Position numbers and translations under genes: made by a program | Origin: Octopus sinensis | Lineage: Eukaryota | Direction of reading: 5' to 3' | Assembly (NCBI RefSeq): GCF_006345805.1 | Contig: NW_021826059.1 | Location: 1-13,864 of the forward strand | DNA length: 13,864 bases | The notes under the pieces: model-generated | Databases searched by the model: none | Told to the model about the DNA's origin: nothing | What the model saw: only the letters and a program-made list of their open reading frames with translations | Shown: positions 1-9,760 of the stretch, piece by piece | Numbering within the stretch: the first letter of the stretch is position 1 | Layout: every line of letters begins with the position of its first letter

Positions 1-237
1 TCTTAGGAGCGTTCTTGGCATCTAAGGTTACTTGTTGAAGCCCGATATTAGGAAGTTTACTTTTCCGACTGTTTAATTTGTAATGCGTATATGGAAACTT
101 AAAGTCGCGGAATATGACTTGCTATCCAAGAGAATGAACCTAGGCCTGGGAGACAGACACATATAATCCTTTGTACGAAATGTTGCTTAGTATTTTTCCC
201 CGGGGGGGGGGCTAATGATCCTTCAAGCTAGCCTTAT

Positions 238-238
<1 letters not shown>
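1..238 (+). mobile_element. 3' end of an R4/Dong-like non-LTR retrotransposon (ORF C-terminus plus 3' UTR)
   Basis: Bases 2-25 read CTT AGG AGC GTT CTT GGC ATC TAA (LRSVLGI*), resembling the LRxVLxI* C-terminus of R4/Dong ORFs. About 210 bp of UTR-like sequence then ends directly in (TAA)n, the known Dong target. Only 7 codons are visible, so the family call is from recall. Confidence 0.55.
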
Positions 239-270
<32 letters not shown>

Positions 271-288
271 TAATAATAATGATGATGG

Positions 289-319
<31 letters not shown>

Positions 320-327
320 GGTTTGTG

Positions 328-358
<31 letters not shown>

Positions 359-387
359 AAGTAATGATGATGATAATGATGATAATG

Positions 388-442
<55 letters not shown>
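239..442. repeat. Compound trinucleotide microsatellite (TAA)n-(TGA)n-(TGG)n-(TAG)n-(TGA/TAA)n-(TAA)n
   Basis: Directly visible. It explains the ORFs at 223-474 and 279-491. Confidence 0.97.
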
Positions 443-443
<1 letters not shown>

Positions 444-715
444 TACACAATTTTAGTGAATATAAAAGATTCAATATCAGACGAGATATAATCTTTCGTG
501 AACAACAAATCTGCGAAGTATTCCTGGGATTCTGTTATTGGTGAAAATAACAAAAGAGAATTTCCATAAAAGAAATAAACTACAGTTATTTTACTAGAAT
601 CAGATAAGTTTTACAAAATAGTTTTTGGATTGGCAGAACAAAACGTCACATGGAACTAGTAATGGAATACTTTGAACACAACGGATTTTCACTTCTCGAA
701 GTTACACGTTTTAGT

Positions 716-1034
716 ACACACACACACACACACACTAACAACACACACACACACACACACACACACTTACACACGCACACACATTCACACACACACACAC
801 ACAACACACATGCACGCACCCATATATATTCACACACACACACATACTCATTCACTCTCAAACACATATATGTTTTAGAGTGTGTGTGTGTGTATGTTAT
901 ATATATTATATATATATATATATTATGTGTGTGTGTGTGTATGTGTGTGTGTGTCTGTGTGTGTATGTATGTATATATATGTAATTTATGTATGTATGTA
1001 TGCATATATGTATGTATGCATATAGTATGTATGC

Positions 1035-1067
<33 letters not shown>

Positions 1068-1095
1068 TGTATGTATGTATGTATGTGTGTGTGTA
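716..1095. repeat. Compound (CA)n/(TA)n/(TG)n/(TATG)n microsatellite
   Basis: Directly visible. Confidence 0.95.
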
Positions 1096-1285
1096 TTTAG
1101 ATAGATAAGCACATGTAGAAATGAGGATAAAAAATCAAATATGTGAATATGTGTATGTATGTGTGTGAGTGCACGCGTGTGTATGCGTGCAATACAATAA
1201 CAACTCGACACAAAACATATACAACAATCTTGTAAATGTCATAGAGGGCCCCTAAATCCGGCTCACACATTGAGACTCTAATGAT

Positions 1286-1363
<78 letters not shown>

Positions 1364-1470
1364 TAATATATATATATTATATATATATTATATATATATA
1401 TATATATATACATATATATATACATATATATATACATATATATATATATAATATATATATATATATATAC

Positions 1471-1525
<55 letters not shown>
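1286..1525. repeat. (CA)n-(TA)n microsatellite
   Basis: Directly visible. Confidence 0.95.
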
Positions 1526-1811
1526 AAATTTTCCCAGAATAAGTAAAACAGCATTATGTAATGGTATACTTAGACATGCACAATAGAACAGCTGGATGCA
1601 CATGAGAGACAAGAGGAAGAATTTGGAAAATATCTATGGTTATCAGAAATCGTATTCCATGCAATGGATTTAAAATAGGCTTCAAGAAAATTCACTCGAC
1701 AGATTATTCCAATGAAATAACCTCAACATATTCTTCAAAGAGTTTCCGAAAAATACAAACTAAATACTCAATGACATTTACGCACACGCAGGCACACACA
1801 TTTACATATAA

Positions 1812-2410
1812 CTAGCAGTATCGCCCGGCGTTGCTCGGGTTTTAAGGGAAATAACTATATTAGCATTTTTAGAGAGTTACTTCCCTTATAGATGCCAATT
1901 CGGGCTTTCTTAGCCATTCCTGTTTTGGCGTCTTCAAGCCATGAAGTCGTTGTTCTAAAAGAACGCTGGTCTCCTTAACAACGCTTTACGACGCGTTGAT
2001 TTCCTTACACTCCCTTCCCCACAGCTTCCACGAGGGAGGGAGAAGGGGAGAAGCAAACAGGTGCAGGTGTGACCATGGACGCCAACTCCGCCGACATCGA
2101 CACACGAAAAATTATGCATTAAAATGGAATAAAAAATGATGTTAAATTATTTTTAAAATCGTAGACTCATCGTAGACGCGCGCTAATACTCAGACGGCTC
2201 GATATGAATCACGACTATAAGATACCCGAATTTGGTTAAACTGCATCGCAAAATGTGGGAGTAGTTAGGACTAACTACTCCCACATTTTGCGCCAAAACA
2301 GAAATGGCTAAGAAAGCCCGAATTGGCATCTATAAGGGAAGTAACTCTCTAAAAATGCTTATATAGTTATTTCCCTTACAAACCCGAGCAACGCCGGGCG
2401 ATACTGCTAG
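1812..2410. mobile_element. Non-autonomous Helitron-derived element with a Helitron 3' terminus at both ends (~120-bp inverted repeats)
   Basis: Both ends read, outward, CCCGAGCAACGCCGGG (hairpin)-CGATACTG-CTAG|T, the canonical Helitron 3' end. Bases 1811-1930 and 2291-2411 are reverse complements with 2 substitutions and 1 indel. The element sits between A(1811) and T(2411) with no TSD. Confidence 0.8.
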
Positions 2411-2411
2411 T

Positions 2412-2460
2412 AATATATATACAATATATATATATTAAATTATATATATATATATATATA

Positions 2461-2505
<45 letters not shown>

Positions 2506-2531
2506 TATATATATAATATATATAATATATA
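2412..2531. repeat. (TA)n microsatellite
   Basis: Directly visible. Confidence 0.95.
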
Positions 2532-2535
2532 CATG

Positions 2536-2810
2536 CAGTATGTACGGGATGAATTTGATAGATTGCATAAAAAGAAAAGAAAATTCTATATCCCACCTAG
2601 AAATAAATTTTAGATAATCAACTAGATTATGGCTAGGATATAACACCTTACTCAAAGTAGCTGCCCTTAGCTTCTTCCACCCTCTCGACGGTTCTGAAGC
2701 AGGCGCATGCATTGCTTACTGTGTCCCTGGAAATATCTTTGAACATCTTGATCACGACAACCAGCCCGGCTTTGGTACTACAGGTAGTACTGTTGACGTC
2801 TTTCTCAAAA
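2536..2810 (-). mobile_element. Tc1/mariner-superfamily transposase C-terminal relic with 3' flank
   Basis: The minus frame reads EKDVNSTTCSTKAGLVVVIKMFKDISRDTVSNACACFRTVERVEEAKGSYFE* (stop 2650-2648). This matches the ...ACxxFRxRLEAVxxAxGxYFE* C-terminal helix of Tc1/mariner transposases. A possible degenerate TIR lies near 2536-2570. Confidence 0.65.
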
Positions 2811-2819
2811 GTCCTACGC

Positions 2820-3082
2820 AAGACTTGGTCTTGGCAATGGCTATGTCTGAAAGGGAGGGCGGAGGTTGCCAAGGTGTTTATCGCATCGGTTATTACCTAC
2901 CGCCAAACCGTCGTTCGTTGCCCGGATCCATGATTGATCAAGTTGGAAAGACAGTTCCATGGCTTTTTGTCCAGTGTCCGGAAGTGTCGGAGATGTGGGC
3001 TTATGCAGAGCACCTGAATACAGCTATCGACTGAGTCAATTATAAAAATTGACCGCCGGATTTTTTATCAAATGAAGGTAGG
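2820..3082 (+). mobile_element. Tx1/L1-clade LINE relic: post-RT segment fused by internal deletion to the C-terminal cysteine-rich region
   Basis: KTWSWQWLCLKGRAEVAKVFIASVITYRQTVVRCPDP*LIKLERQFHGFL matches the L1/Tx1 W..LSLxGR...Y...P...F.W motif. From 2969 another frame gives VQCPEVSEMWAYAEHL (zinc-knuckle CP...W), followed by IQLSTESIIKID and FLSNEGR. Confidence 0.7.
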
Positions 3083-3090
3083 ATGCTTAC

Positions 3091-3424
3091 ACATCTACCA
3101 TGTGTAAGCATAACAGATCGGTTATTGTTGGCTGGGACAGACAAGGAAAAATATGTATCGCCATAGAGGTCAGCTGGTCTGCTGATGTGGATATCTCTTT
3201 GAAAATCAAAGAGAAAGGATCCCCTCCAGTTTCTCTATCCAGATTACAAATCTACATCTATATCAATAGTGATTGGTGCACTTGGTTTTATGAGTAAATG
3301 CCTAAGTGACAAGCTAGATAAGCTTGGATTTTCAGAAAAAGAAATCAACCGACTGATATGCACATTACATATACAATCTGTAAGTGGAACTGTAAAAATA
3401 TGCAAGACTTTTTCCCAAGTTTAA
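3091..3424 (+). mobile_element. 5'-truncated REL (restriction-like endonuclease) non-LTR retrotransposon relic, C-terminus
   Basis: CKHNRSVIVGWDRQGKICIAIEVSWSADVDISLKIKEK is a degenerate HNRPDI..W....IEVS PD-(D/E)xK motif. After a deletion, frame 3224-3424 reads LQFLYPDYK...IVIGALG...QSVSGTVKICKTFSQV*. Confidence 0.75.
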
Positions 3425-3648
3425 AATGTGACATTGTTTTCGTTATCTACATTTAAACGAAGGGGCTTTGTATGATTGTTAGAAACTAGCTCCTTCTTCA
3501 GAGGAAGAATTTAAATAATTAAAACCAGAGAACATTCACTTGTGAGCATACACGCTTTAGGAGGATTACTAAATATATTGGAGTGTACGAAGAAGTTAAT
3601 CAAGCGGGAAGCCTCTAAGTAGCCAGGAATTAATTACAACTTCGTATA

Positions 3649-3686
3649 TGCGCGCGCGTGCGTGTGTGTGTGTGTGTGTGTGTGTG

Positions 3687-3720
<34 letters not shown>
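3649..3720. repeat. (CG)n-(TG)n microsatellite
   Basis: Directly visible. Confidence 0.95.
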
Positions 3721-3721
<1 letters not shown>

Positions 3722-3930
3722 AGCTGGAATTCAACTGATGTCCAAGCACGACGACTTCCAGGAAAGTTATACATTTCTTGACAAGAACTAACAAGGTTAC
3801 TGGCCAATTACAAAATTAGGCAAGTTATTGTTAGCTCACCTTTTCTAAGTCCTTAACTAACTGGAACTAGCACCATCCTTAAAAAGCCTGCACCGTCACT
3901 AGAGGCGGTACCAAATCTCCCCATAGTCAG

Positions 3931-4096
3931 GGTTTGTTTTGCCGTACCACTACGTTACGGGGACATAAACACTGCAACACCGGTTGTCAAGCGATGGTGG
4001 AGACAAACGCAGATACAAAACCACGCACACATACGTACATACATACATATATGTGTGTGTGTGTGTATGTGTGTGTGTGTGTGTGTTTGTGTGTGT

Positions 4097-4135
<39 letters not shown>

Positions 4136-4298
4136 TGAGTTTTTTTTTCAGTTTCCGGCTACCAACCCCACCCATAAGGTTTTGGTCGATCTGAGTCTAT
4201 AGTAGAAGACACTTGCCCAAGGTTTCACGCAGAGGGAATGACCTCGGAGCCATGTGCTTGGAAAGCAAATTTCTTATCACATAGCTAAGCTTGCTGTA
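3931..4298 (-). mobile_element. Diverged octopus-type tRNA-SINE with internal microsatellite, 3'-truncated
   Basis: The minus strand has a head ...CCTTGGGCAAGTGTCTTCTACTATAG...GGAAACTGAAA, an internal (CA)n tract, and a body CACCATCGCTTGACAACCGGTG...CCCCGTAAC..GGCAAA. That body recurs on the plus strand at ~6085-6155 (ACCGCTTGACAACCGGTG...CCCCGTAC...CGGCAAA). Confidence 0.75.
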
Positions 4299-4356
4299 TA
4301 TGTTTGGTGAAGGCCAAAGACACACACAAACACACACAAACACACATAGAACACAA

Positions 4357-4819
4357 AGAGTCCAGAGGCTGGCTACTCGCATGGTTCATGGTCTCAAAAA
4401 TTTGTCCTACGAAGAAAGGCTGAGGACGCTCGACCTTTATTCTCTTGAAAAACGCCGCCGCCGTAGTGATCTCATTCTCGCCCACAACATCATAAGCGGG
4501 AAGTGTAACCTCTCGAAAGAGCTGTTTTTCACTCCTGCTCCGGAGCGTCGGCTGCGGGGTCATTCCGAAAAGCTCTACCTGCGACGATTTCATCTCAATC
4601 GAAGGAGAGGAGCTTTCTCCATCCGGGTCGCAGATCCGTGGAACAAGCTGCCAGACGAGATGGTGAAGATGCCGACGACCGCTTTGTTCAAAGCTTCCCT
4701 GGACCTCAAGTGGCCTGAACTCTTTACATGAACACCACCCTGTACTTAACTCCATGTCCCCCTACATGGCCTTGCTATTTGCTTTTGAGCCAAATTAACT
4801 AACTAACTAACTAACTAAC
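4357..4819 (+). mobile_element. CR1-group LINE 3' end, 5'-truncated, with 3' stem-loop and (TAAC)6 tail
   Basis: The open frame RVQRLATRMVHGLKNLSYEERLRTLDLYSLEKRRRRSDLI...LRGHSEKL...FSIRVADPWNKLP (stop 4729-4731) is the classic CR1 ORF2 C-terminus. A hairpin CCATGT/ACATGG lies at 4752-4769 and the tail at 4796-4819. Confidence 0.92.
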
Positions 4820-5556
4820 ACACATATACATATTGATATGAAGACCTGGATGGAAGAAAAGCTATGGCTATCGTAACATTGCCAGATGAATTATTTCTCA
4901 TAGATTTTGGTAATGTACAATACGATATTCGTCTGAGAGGAATAGCCAAAGAAATGCAGCTGTTTACAACCCCGAAGACCAACCAATGAGAAATTAGTCT
5001 AATAATTTATTCATTCAGCGATTTTTGCTTCTACAATACAACGTAATTGATACGTAAAGTCTATTAGAATTGTGGTAATTAAAGAGGGAGATGTGTGAAG
5101 AGTGTGGAGGGAATATATTTCAATAGAGAAATCAGGAGAGAAGAGACACTGAGGAGACTGCAAGAATGAAAGTATGTAGAGTGTTCTAAAAACAAGTGAA
5201 ACTCTGGGTGTGGCAATGTCGACTTTACAATACAACATAATTGTTTGTGTGATGACTAACGAGGCAAGGAGAATGTAATTAAGGATTAATTGGGAAAGAT
5301 ATTCAAATTATAAAAAAAAAAGTCGGGGTATGAAGCAAAGAATATCGTTTATTATAATTGAAACCCTGGGTGTGGTTACAAATAAAAAGGGATTTGCCAA
5401 AAGAATGAAGACTTTGTTGGTTCTAAATCAGAGAATTTATTGCCTACTGTATTTAGTAATTTAGGATATTGTTTGGATAAATTTATAAGACTTCAACATA
5501 GGCGCAGGCGTGGCTGCGTGGTAAGAAGCTGAAAGAAGCACATCGTGCATATATAT

Positions 5557-5786
5557 TTCTTTACTACCCACAAGGGGCTAAACACAGAGGGGACAAACAA
5601 GGACAGACAAAGGGATTAAGTCGATTCCATCGACCCCAGTGCGTAACTGGTACTTAATTTATCGACCCCGAAAGGATGAAAGGCAAAGTCGACCTCGGCG
5701 GAATTTGAACTCAGAACGTAACGGCAGACGAAATACGGCTACACATTTCGCCCGGCGTGCTACCGTTTCTGCCAGCTCGCCGCCTT
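5557..5786 (-). mobile_element. Full-length tRNA-derived SINE (octopus OR-type; central block resembles the MetaSINE domain)
   Basis: The minus strand has an A box (TGGCAGAAACGG), a B box (GAGTTCAAATTCC), a central CCTTTCATCCTTTCGGGGTCGATAAATTAAGTACCAG block and a tail GTAGTAAAGAA. It is flanked by the 19-bp direct repeat GCACATCGTGCATATATAT (5538-5556 and 5797-5815). The family name is from recall. Confidence 0.88.
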
Positions 5787-5803
5787 CAATACATATGCAC
5801 ATC

Positions 5804-5806
<3 letters not shown>

Positions 5807-5875
<69 letters not shown>

Positions 5876-5877
5876 TA

Positions 5878-5948
<71 letters not shown>

Positions 5949-5954
5949 ATATAG

Positions 5955-6005
<51 letters not shown>
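5807..6005. repeat. (TA)n microsatellite (internal tract of the host SINE)
   Basis: Directly visible. Confidence 0.95.
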
Positions 6006-7365
6006 TGTTGTGTTGTTGTGTGTATGTGTGTGTAGATAGACAGATAAATGTGCATGTATGTGTGTGTGTTTTTGTGTCTATGTTTTTCCCCACCATCACC
6101 GCTTGACAACCGGTGTCGTTGTGTTTGCCTCCCCGTACCCTAGCGGTTCGGCAAATGATTACGATAAGGTAAGTATTAGGCTTTAAAAAAGAAGCACTTC
6201 GGTTGATTCATTTGACTAAAAAAATTTTCAAAGCGGTGCTCCAGCATTGCCGCAGTCTAATGACTGAAACAAGTAAAAGATAAAAGATTATCTTAGAGAT
6301 GTTATCAAATTGGCAGTGACCCTCCACCCTACAAGAAAAGATCACAGCTCTTACTAGTTGTACACATGTTGCCCTTCGTTGAAAATATGCCACCACCACC
6401 ACCTCCACTGAACTTTATTTAGGAATTCTTCGATTATTTCTAACCTTAAACTGCCCCTGAGTTAGGTTTGTGCTTTATTTTTATCGTTGTTGCTATTTTA
6501 TCATTGAGATTTATCCTCTGGAGGGTCATTGTTGGCTCACGGGACGGTCTATTGTTTGTAATACATGAATTATTTTCACCTTCAAATTATTTCCACATTT
6601 AGACTTTCTTATTCTTTAAATCTTTCAATTTCTTTTTCTTTGTATTTCGTTTGTGTTGTTCTCGGTTTGTTTTTTGTTGCGGAGCTATTCTAGTGTTTTG
6701 GAATTGTAGTGTATTGTTATATTTTTTATTCATTCTTAACCTGATAACTCTATCTTAATGATTTATATTCTCTATATTTTTATAGTGATTTGTTATTTGT
6801 GTTTTCGTGATGTATTCTGTCTTTCAATTGTTATTTTTCATTTTCTGGTCATGTTTTCGTTTCGAGAATATATCTTCTTAAATAAACTCATCTGTTTAGA
6901 TCTTGTCTTGAGACACATTTAGACCTATACATTTCCTCCAAATTTTGAACAAATATATTATCATACTTTCATTTTCTGATCAGAGTGTTGCTGTAAAATA
7001 TACATGTGCAATAAAAACATATTACTCTAGTTTTCATTTCTATCTTTACCGTAATATTTACGAGACTTGAGAAACGAAAGTTCCGCAGTTTATTTAGATT
7101 GACATACTTTTCATCGGATTACATTGTCGTCTGTTGGTATTGAGTTTTGCACGCGTGATCATTCATAGGTTTCGTGCATTAGATTCAAAACACACGTTTC
7201 CCTGTTAGTAACTTTTGGCTGAACGATAAGATTTTTTCATGAATTATTTGGTTGTGGGGTTCAGTAGCGAATCGGTGCGAGGTTGGCATGGGTCGTGCTC
7301 TGTTAGTTTGTTTAAACGTGGTATGAAATCGCCGAATTCTGTGACCAGTTTCGAGATATCAATTA

Positions 7366-7578
7366 CTAGCAGTATCGCCCGGCGTTGCTCGGGTTTGTTT
7401 CGACCTTTAGAATTGGAATTTCTGAAAAGTGAAAATTTTGCATTATGTAGCTTGTTATTCTCTTTAAGTGAATATTTTTCTGATCGAAATACACCGGAAA
7501 ATGGCGACACAGTAGTCAAAAAGTCGTAAAAAATAGGGATCTTCATAGAAAAAAAGCAGCTTTTTGATGTAAATAATT
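7366..7578 (-). mobile_element. Helitron 3'-terminal fragment (second subfamily)
   Basis: It has the same hairpin-plus-CTAG|T terminus as the element at 1812-2410. The 34 nt from 7365 are identical to the right arm of that element, and a different body follows. The inner boundary is set by where RT homology begins. Confidence 0.75.
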
Positions 7579-7984
7579 AAGGAATTTATCTGTTTTTCGG
7601 ATTTTCCTGACAATTTCAAGTCATCCATAAACAGAAGATGGCTCAATGATGGGCCTTTCTTCCCACATCGGTAGCCAATCTTAATTTTCCTAAATGTCAT
7701 TGTTATGGGTATTAGTACAATTACAAATAGTAACGGAGGAAAAACGAGTCACTTTGGAAGATTCCCCTTTTAATATTAACTTCTCTAAGGAATACATTAC
7801 TTGAGTACAATTTGGTTTTCCACTCTTTCATGCTATGCATCAGAAAATTTGTGATGTTATCAGCAACACCAAACATATGCCGGCATTCAACGATCCAAGA
7901 ATGAGGCATCATATCATATGCATTCTTAAAGTCAATCCAAGACATAGGCACGTTTGTATAACGTTTTTTAAAATGCCTCAAAAC

Positions 7985-7987
<3 letters not shown>
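7579..7987 (-). mobile_element. R4/Dong-like reverse transcriptase fragment (pseudogenised, one frameshift)
   Basis: MSWIDFKNAYDMMPHSWI...IKRGIFQSDS, then a frameshift near 7740, then PLLFVIVLIP...SHLLFMDDLKL. These are RT motifs A, B' and C (FMDD) in R4/Dong style. The 5' end abuts (TAA)n on the same strand. Confidence 0.88.
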
Positions 7988-8044
<57 letters not shown>

Positions 8045-8060
8045 TCATCATCATAATCAT

Positions 8061-8096
<36 letters not shown>

Positions 8097-8139
8097 CATC
8101 ATCATCATCATCATCATCATTATTATTATTATTATTATT
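7988..8139. repeat. Compound (TAT)n-(CAT)n-(TAT)n microsatellite
   Basis: Directly visible. Confidence 0.96.
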
Positions 8140-8204
8140 TCCAATCAATTTTGTCATATGCAAGTCAAATAAATTACATTAGGACACATTTACGAAATAC
8201 TACA

Positions 8205-9106
8205 TACACCTGGCGCACACATATACATACATACATACACATACATACACATATATACATACATACATTCACACAGGTTGTCACATATATTCCCATAAGC
8301 CAAAATCTAGTCACTCAAAAATTTACACACATACACAACACACACACAACATAAACATACACACAAACACATGCACACGTAATTTGTTACATTCTCGCAT
8401 ATACCAACACATACATTATAGTCTATCTCTTTCTCCCTATCTCATACACGCAACACGACGCGCGCACGCGCCCATGTACGCGCATCTGCATATGTATACA
8501 TATGTATGTGACCTAACATCTATACCTTAAACATACACACAGGAAATCTGTGTACTAAATGCTGACACACATGCATAGGGAACATAACACGACACAAACC
8601 AGCCTTACACATAGTGCCGAATACGTAATTCACATACACACACATGCCCACGCATACACACACAGACACACGCAATACGCACTCATTTATTCACATATAC
8701 ATACATACCAACACATGCACGCATACAGACATGCAAACATACCAACACATACACATATATACACACATACAATACAGACGCATTTACTCACATGCGCAAA
8801 CATGCACATATCCCACACACAGACGCACGCACACACACACACACACATACACGCTCTCTCTACCCCCTCTCTCTCTATCCTTGTCACGAGTTCACACGCT
8901 TTACACACACATAATACACATCGTGCAAAAGCACACACATACACACAACACACTCATACACACAACACACTCATACACACAACACACACATACACACATA
9001 GACATACACACATAACACACATCGTACAAAAGCACGCAGATACACACAACACACTCATACACACATATACACACACATAACGCACATACATGCACTAACA
9101 CTCACA

Positions 9107-9144
<38 letters not shown>

Positions 9145-9170
9145 CATACACATACACGCACATCACATTC
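8205..9170. repeat. Long degenerate CA-rich low-complexity tract
   Basis: Imperfect (CA)n/(CATA)n. It explains the His/Thr-rich and Cys/Val-rich ORFs. Confidence 0.9.
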
Positions 9171-9234
9171 ACACGACAATTGAACAAATAACGAAATTTG
9201 AAAATGCCCAAAATAAACATCCATCAATCAACCA

Positions 9235-9394
9235 TCAAAAATAAAAACATCATAATCATCATCATCAGCAGCAGCAGCAGCAGCTCATCAACAACAACAA
9301 CAGCTATAACAGTAACCACAACAATAATAACGGCAACAGTCCAAACTATAATATCGAACGCTTCATCACATCAAAGAGTAATTATACAGCAAAG

Positions 9395-9430
<36 letters not shown>
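9235..9430. repeat. (CAT)n-(CAG)n-(CAA)n and (GA)n microsatellites
   Basis: Directly visible. Confidence 0.88.
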
Positions 9431-9432
<2 letters not shown>

Positions 9433-9477
9433 GGAACGGAGAAGTAAACCAACAAAAATTATTAAAGAACAACGTTG

Positions 9478-9484
9478 ATAATAA

Positions 9485-9515
<31 letters not shown>

Positions 9516-9606
9516 TAATAATAATAATAATAATAAGTCAATAATAATAAAATAATAAATAATAAATAATAATAATAATAATAAAATAATAATAATAATA
9601 ATAAAT

Positions 9607-9639
<33 letters not shown>

Positions 9640-9652
9640 AATAATAATAATA

Positions 9653-9693
<41 letters not shown>

Positions 9694-9760
9694 GAATAAT
9701 AATAATAATAATAATGACGACGACGACGACGGTGACGATGATGATGATGATGATGATGAT
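9478..9760. repeat. (TAA)n-(GAC)n-(GAT)n compound microsatellite
   Basis: Directly visible. Confidence 0.96.

Larger units (their letters stand above)
5500..6288 (+). mobile_element. Octopus-type tRNA-SINE (same family as 3931-4298) with collapsed head, internal (TA)n/(TG)n tract and (TAAAAGA)2 tail; interrupted by a second SINE
   Basis: The head AGGCGCAGGCGTGGCTGCGTGGTAAGAAGCT is joined directly to GAAAGAAGCACATCGT. The 3' body at 6071-6288 ends GCGGTGCTCCAGCATTGCCGCAGTCTAATGACTGAAACAAGTAAAAGATAAAAGAT. Confidence 0.75.

Noticed and set aside
223-1612. ORFs rich in Tyr, His/Thr, Cys/Val or Ile/Tyr (and similar ORFs at 5639-6099, 8151-10146 and 11058-11784)
   Set aside because: They are translations of stop-free microsatellite frames, with no domain or codon signal.
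5196-5380. Short repeat GAAAC(T/C)CTGGGTGTGG and an IIIETLGVV peptide resembling REL C-termini
   Set aside because: Too short and isolated to distinguish from chance.
5700-5786. tRNA gene (A and B boxes on the minus strand)
   Set aside because: The boxes belong to a SINE head. No complete cloverleaf is evident, and a SINE body, tail and TSD follow.
6400-7020. A-rich minus-strand stretch that might be a decayed retroelement ORF
   Set aside because: It has many stops and no motif I can recognise.
7020-7364. Possible non-autonomous DNA element next to the Helitron end
   Set aside because: It reads like repeat-internal sequence, but no termini, TIRs or TSD could be identified.
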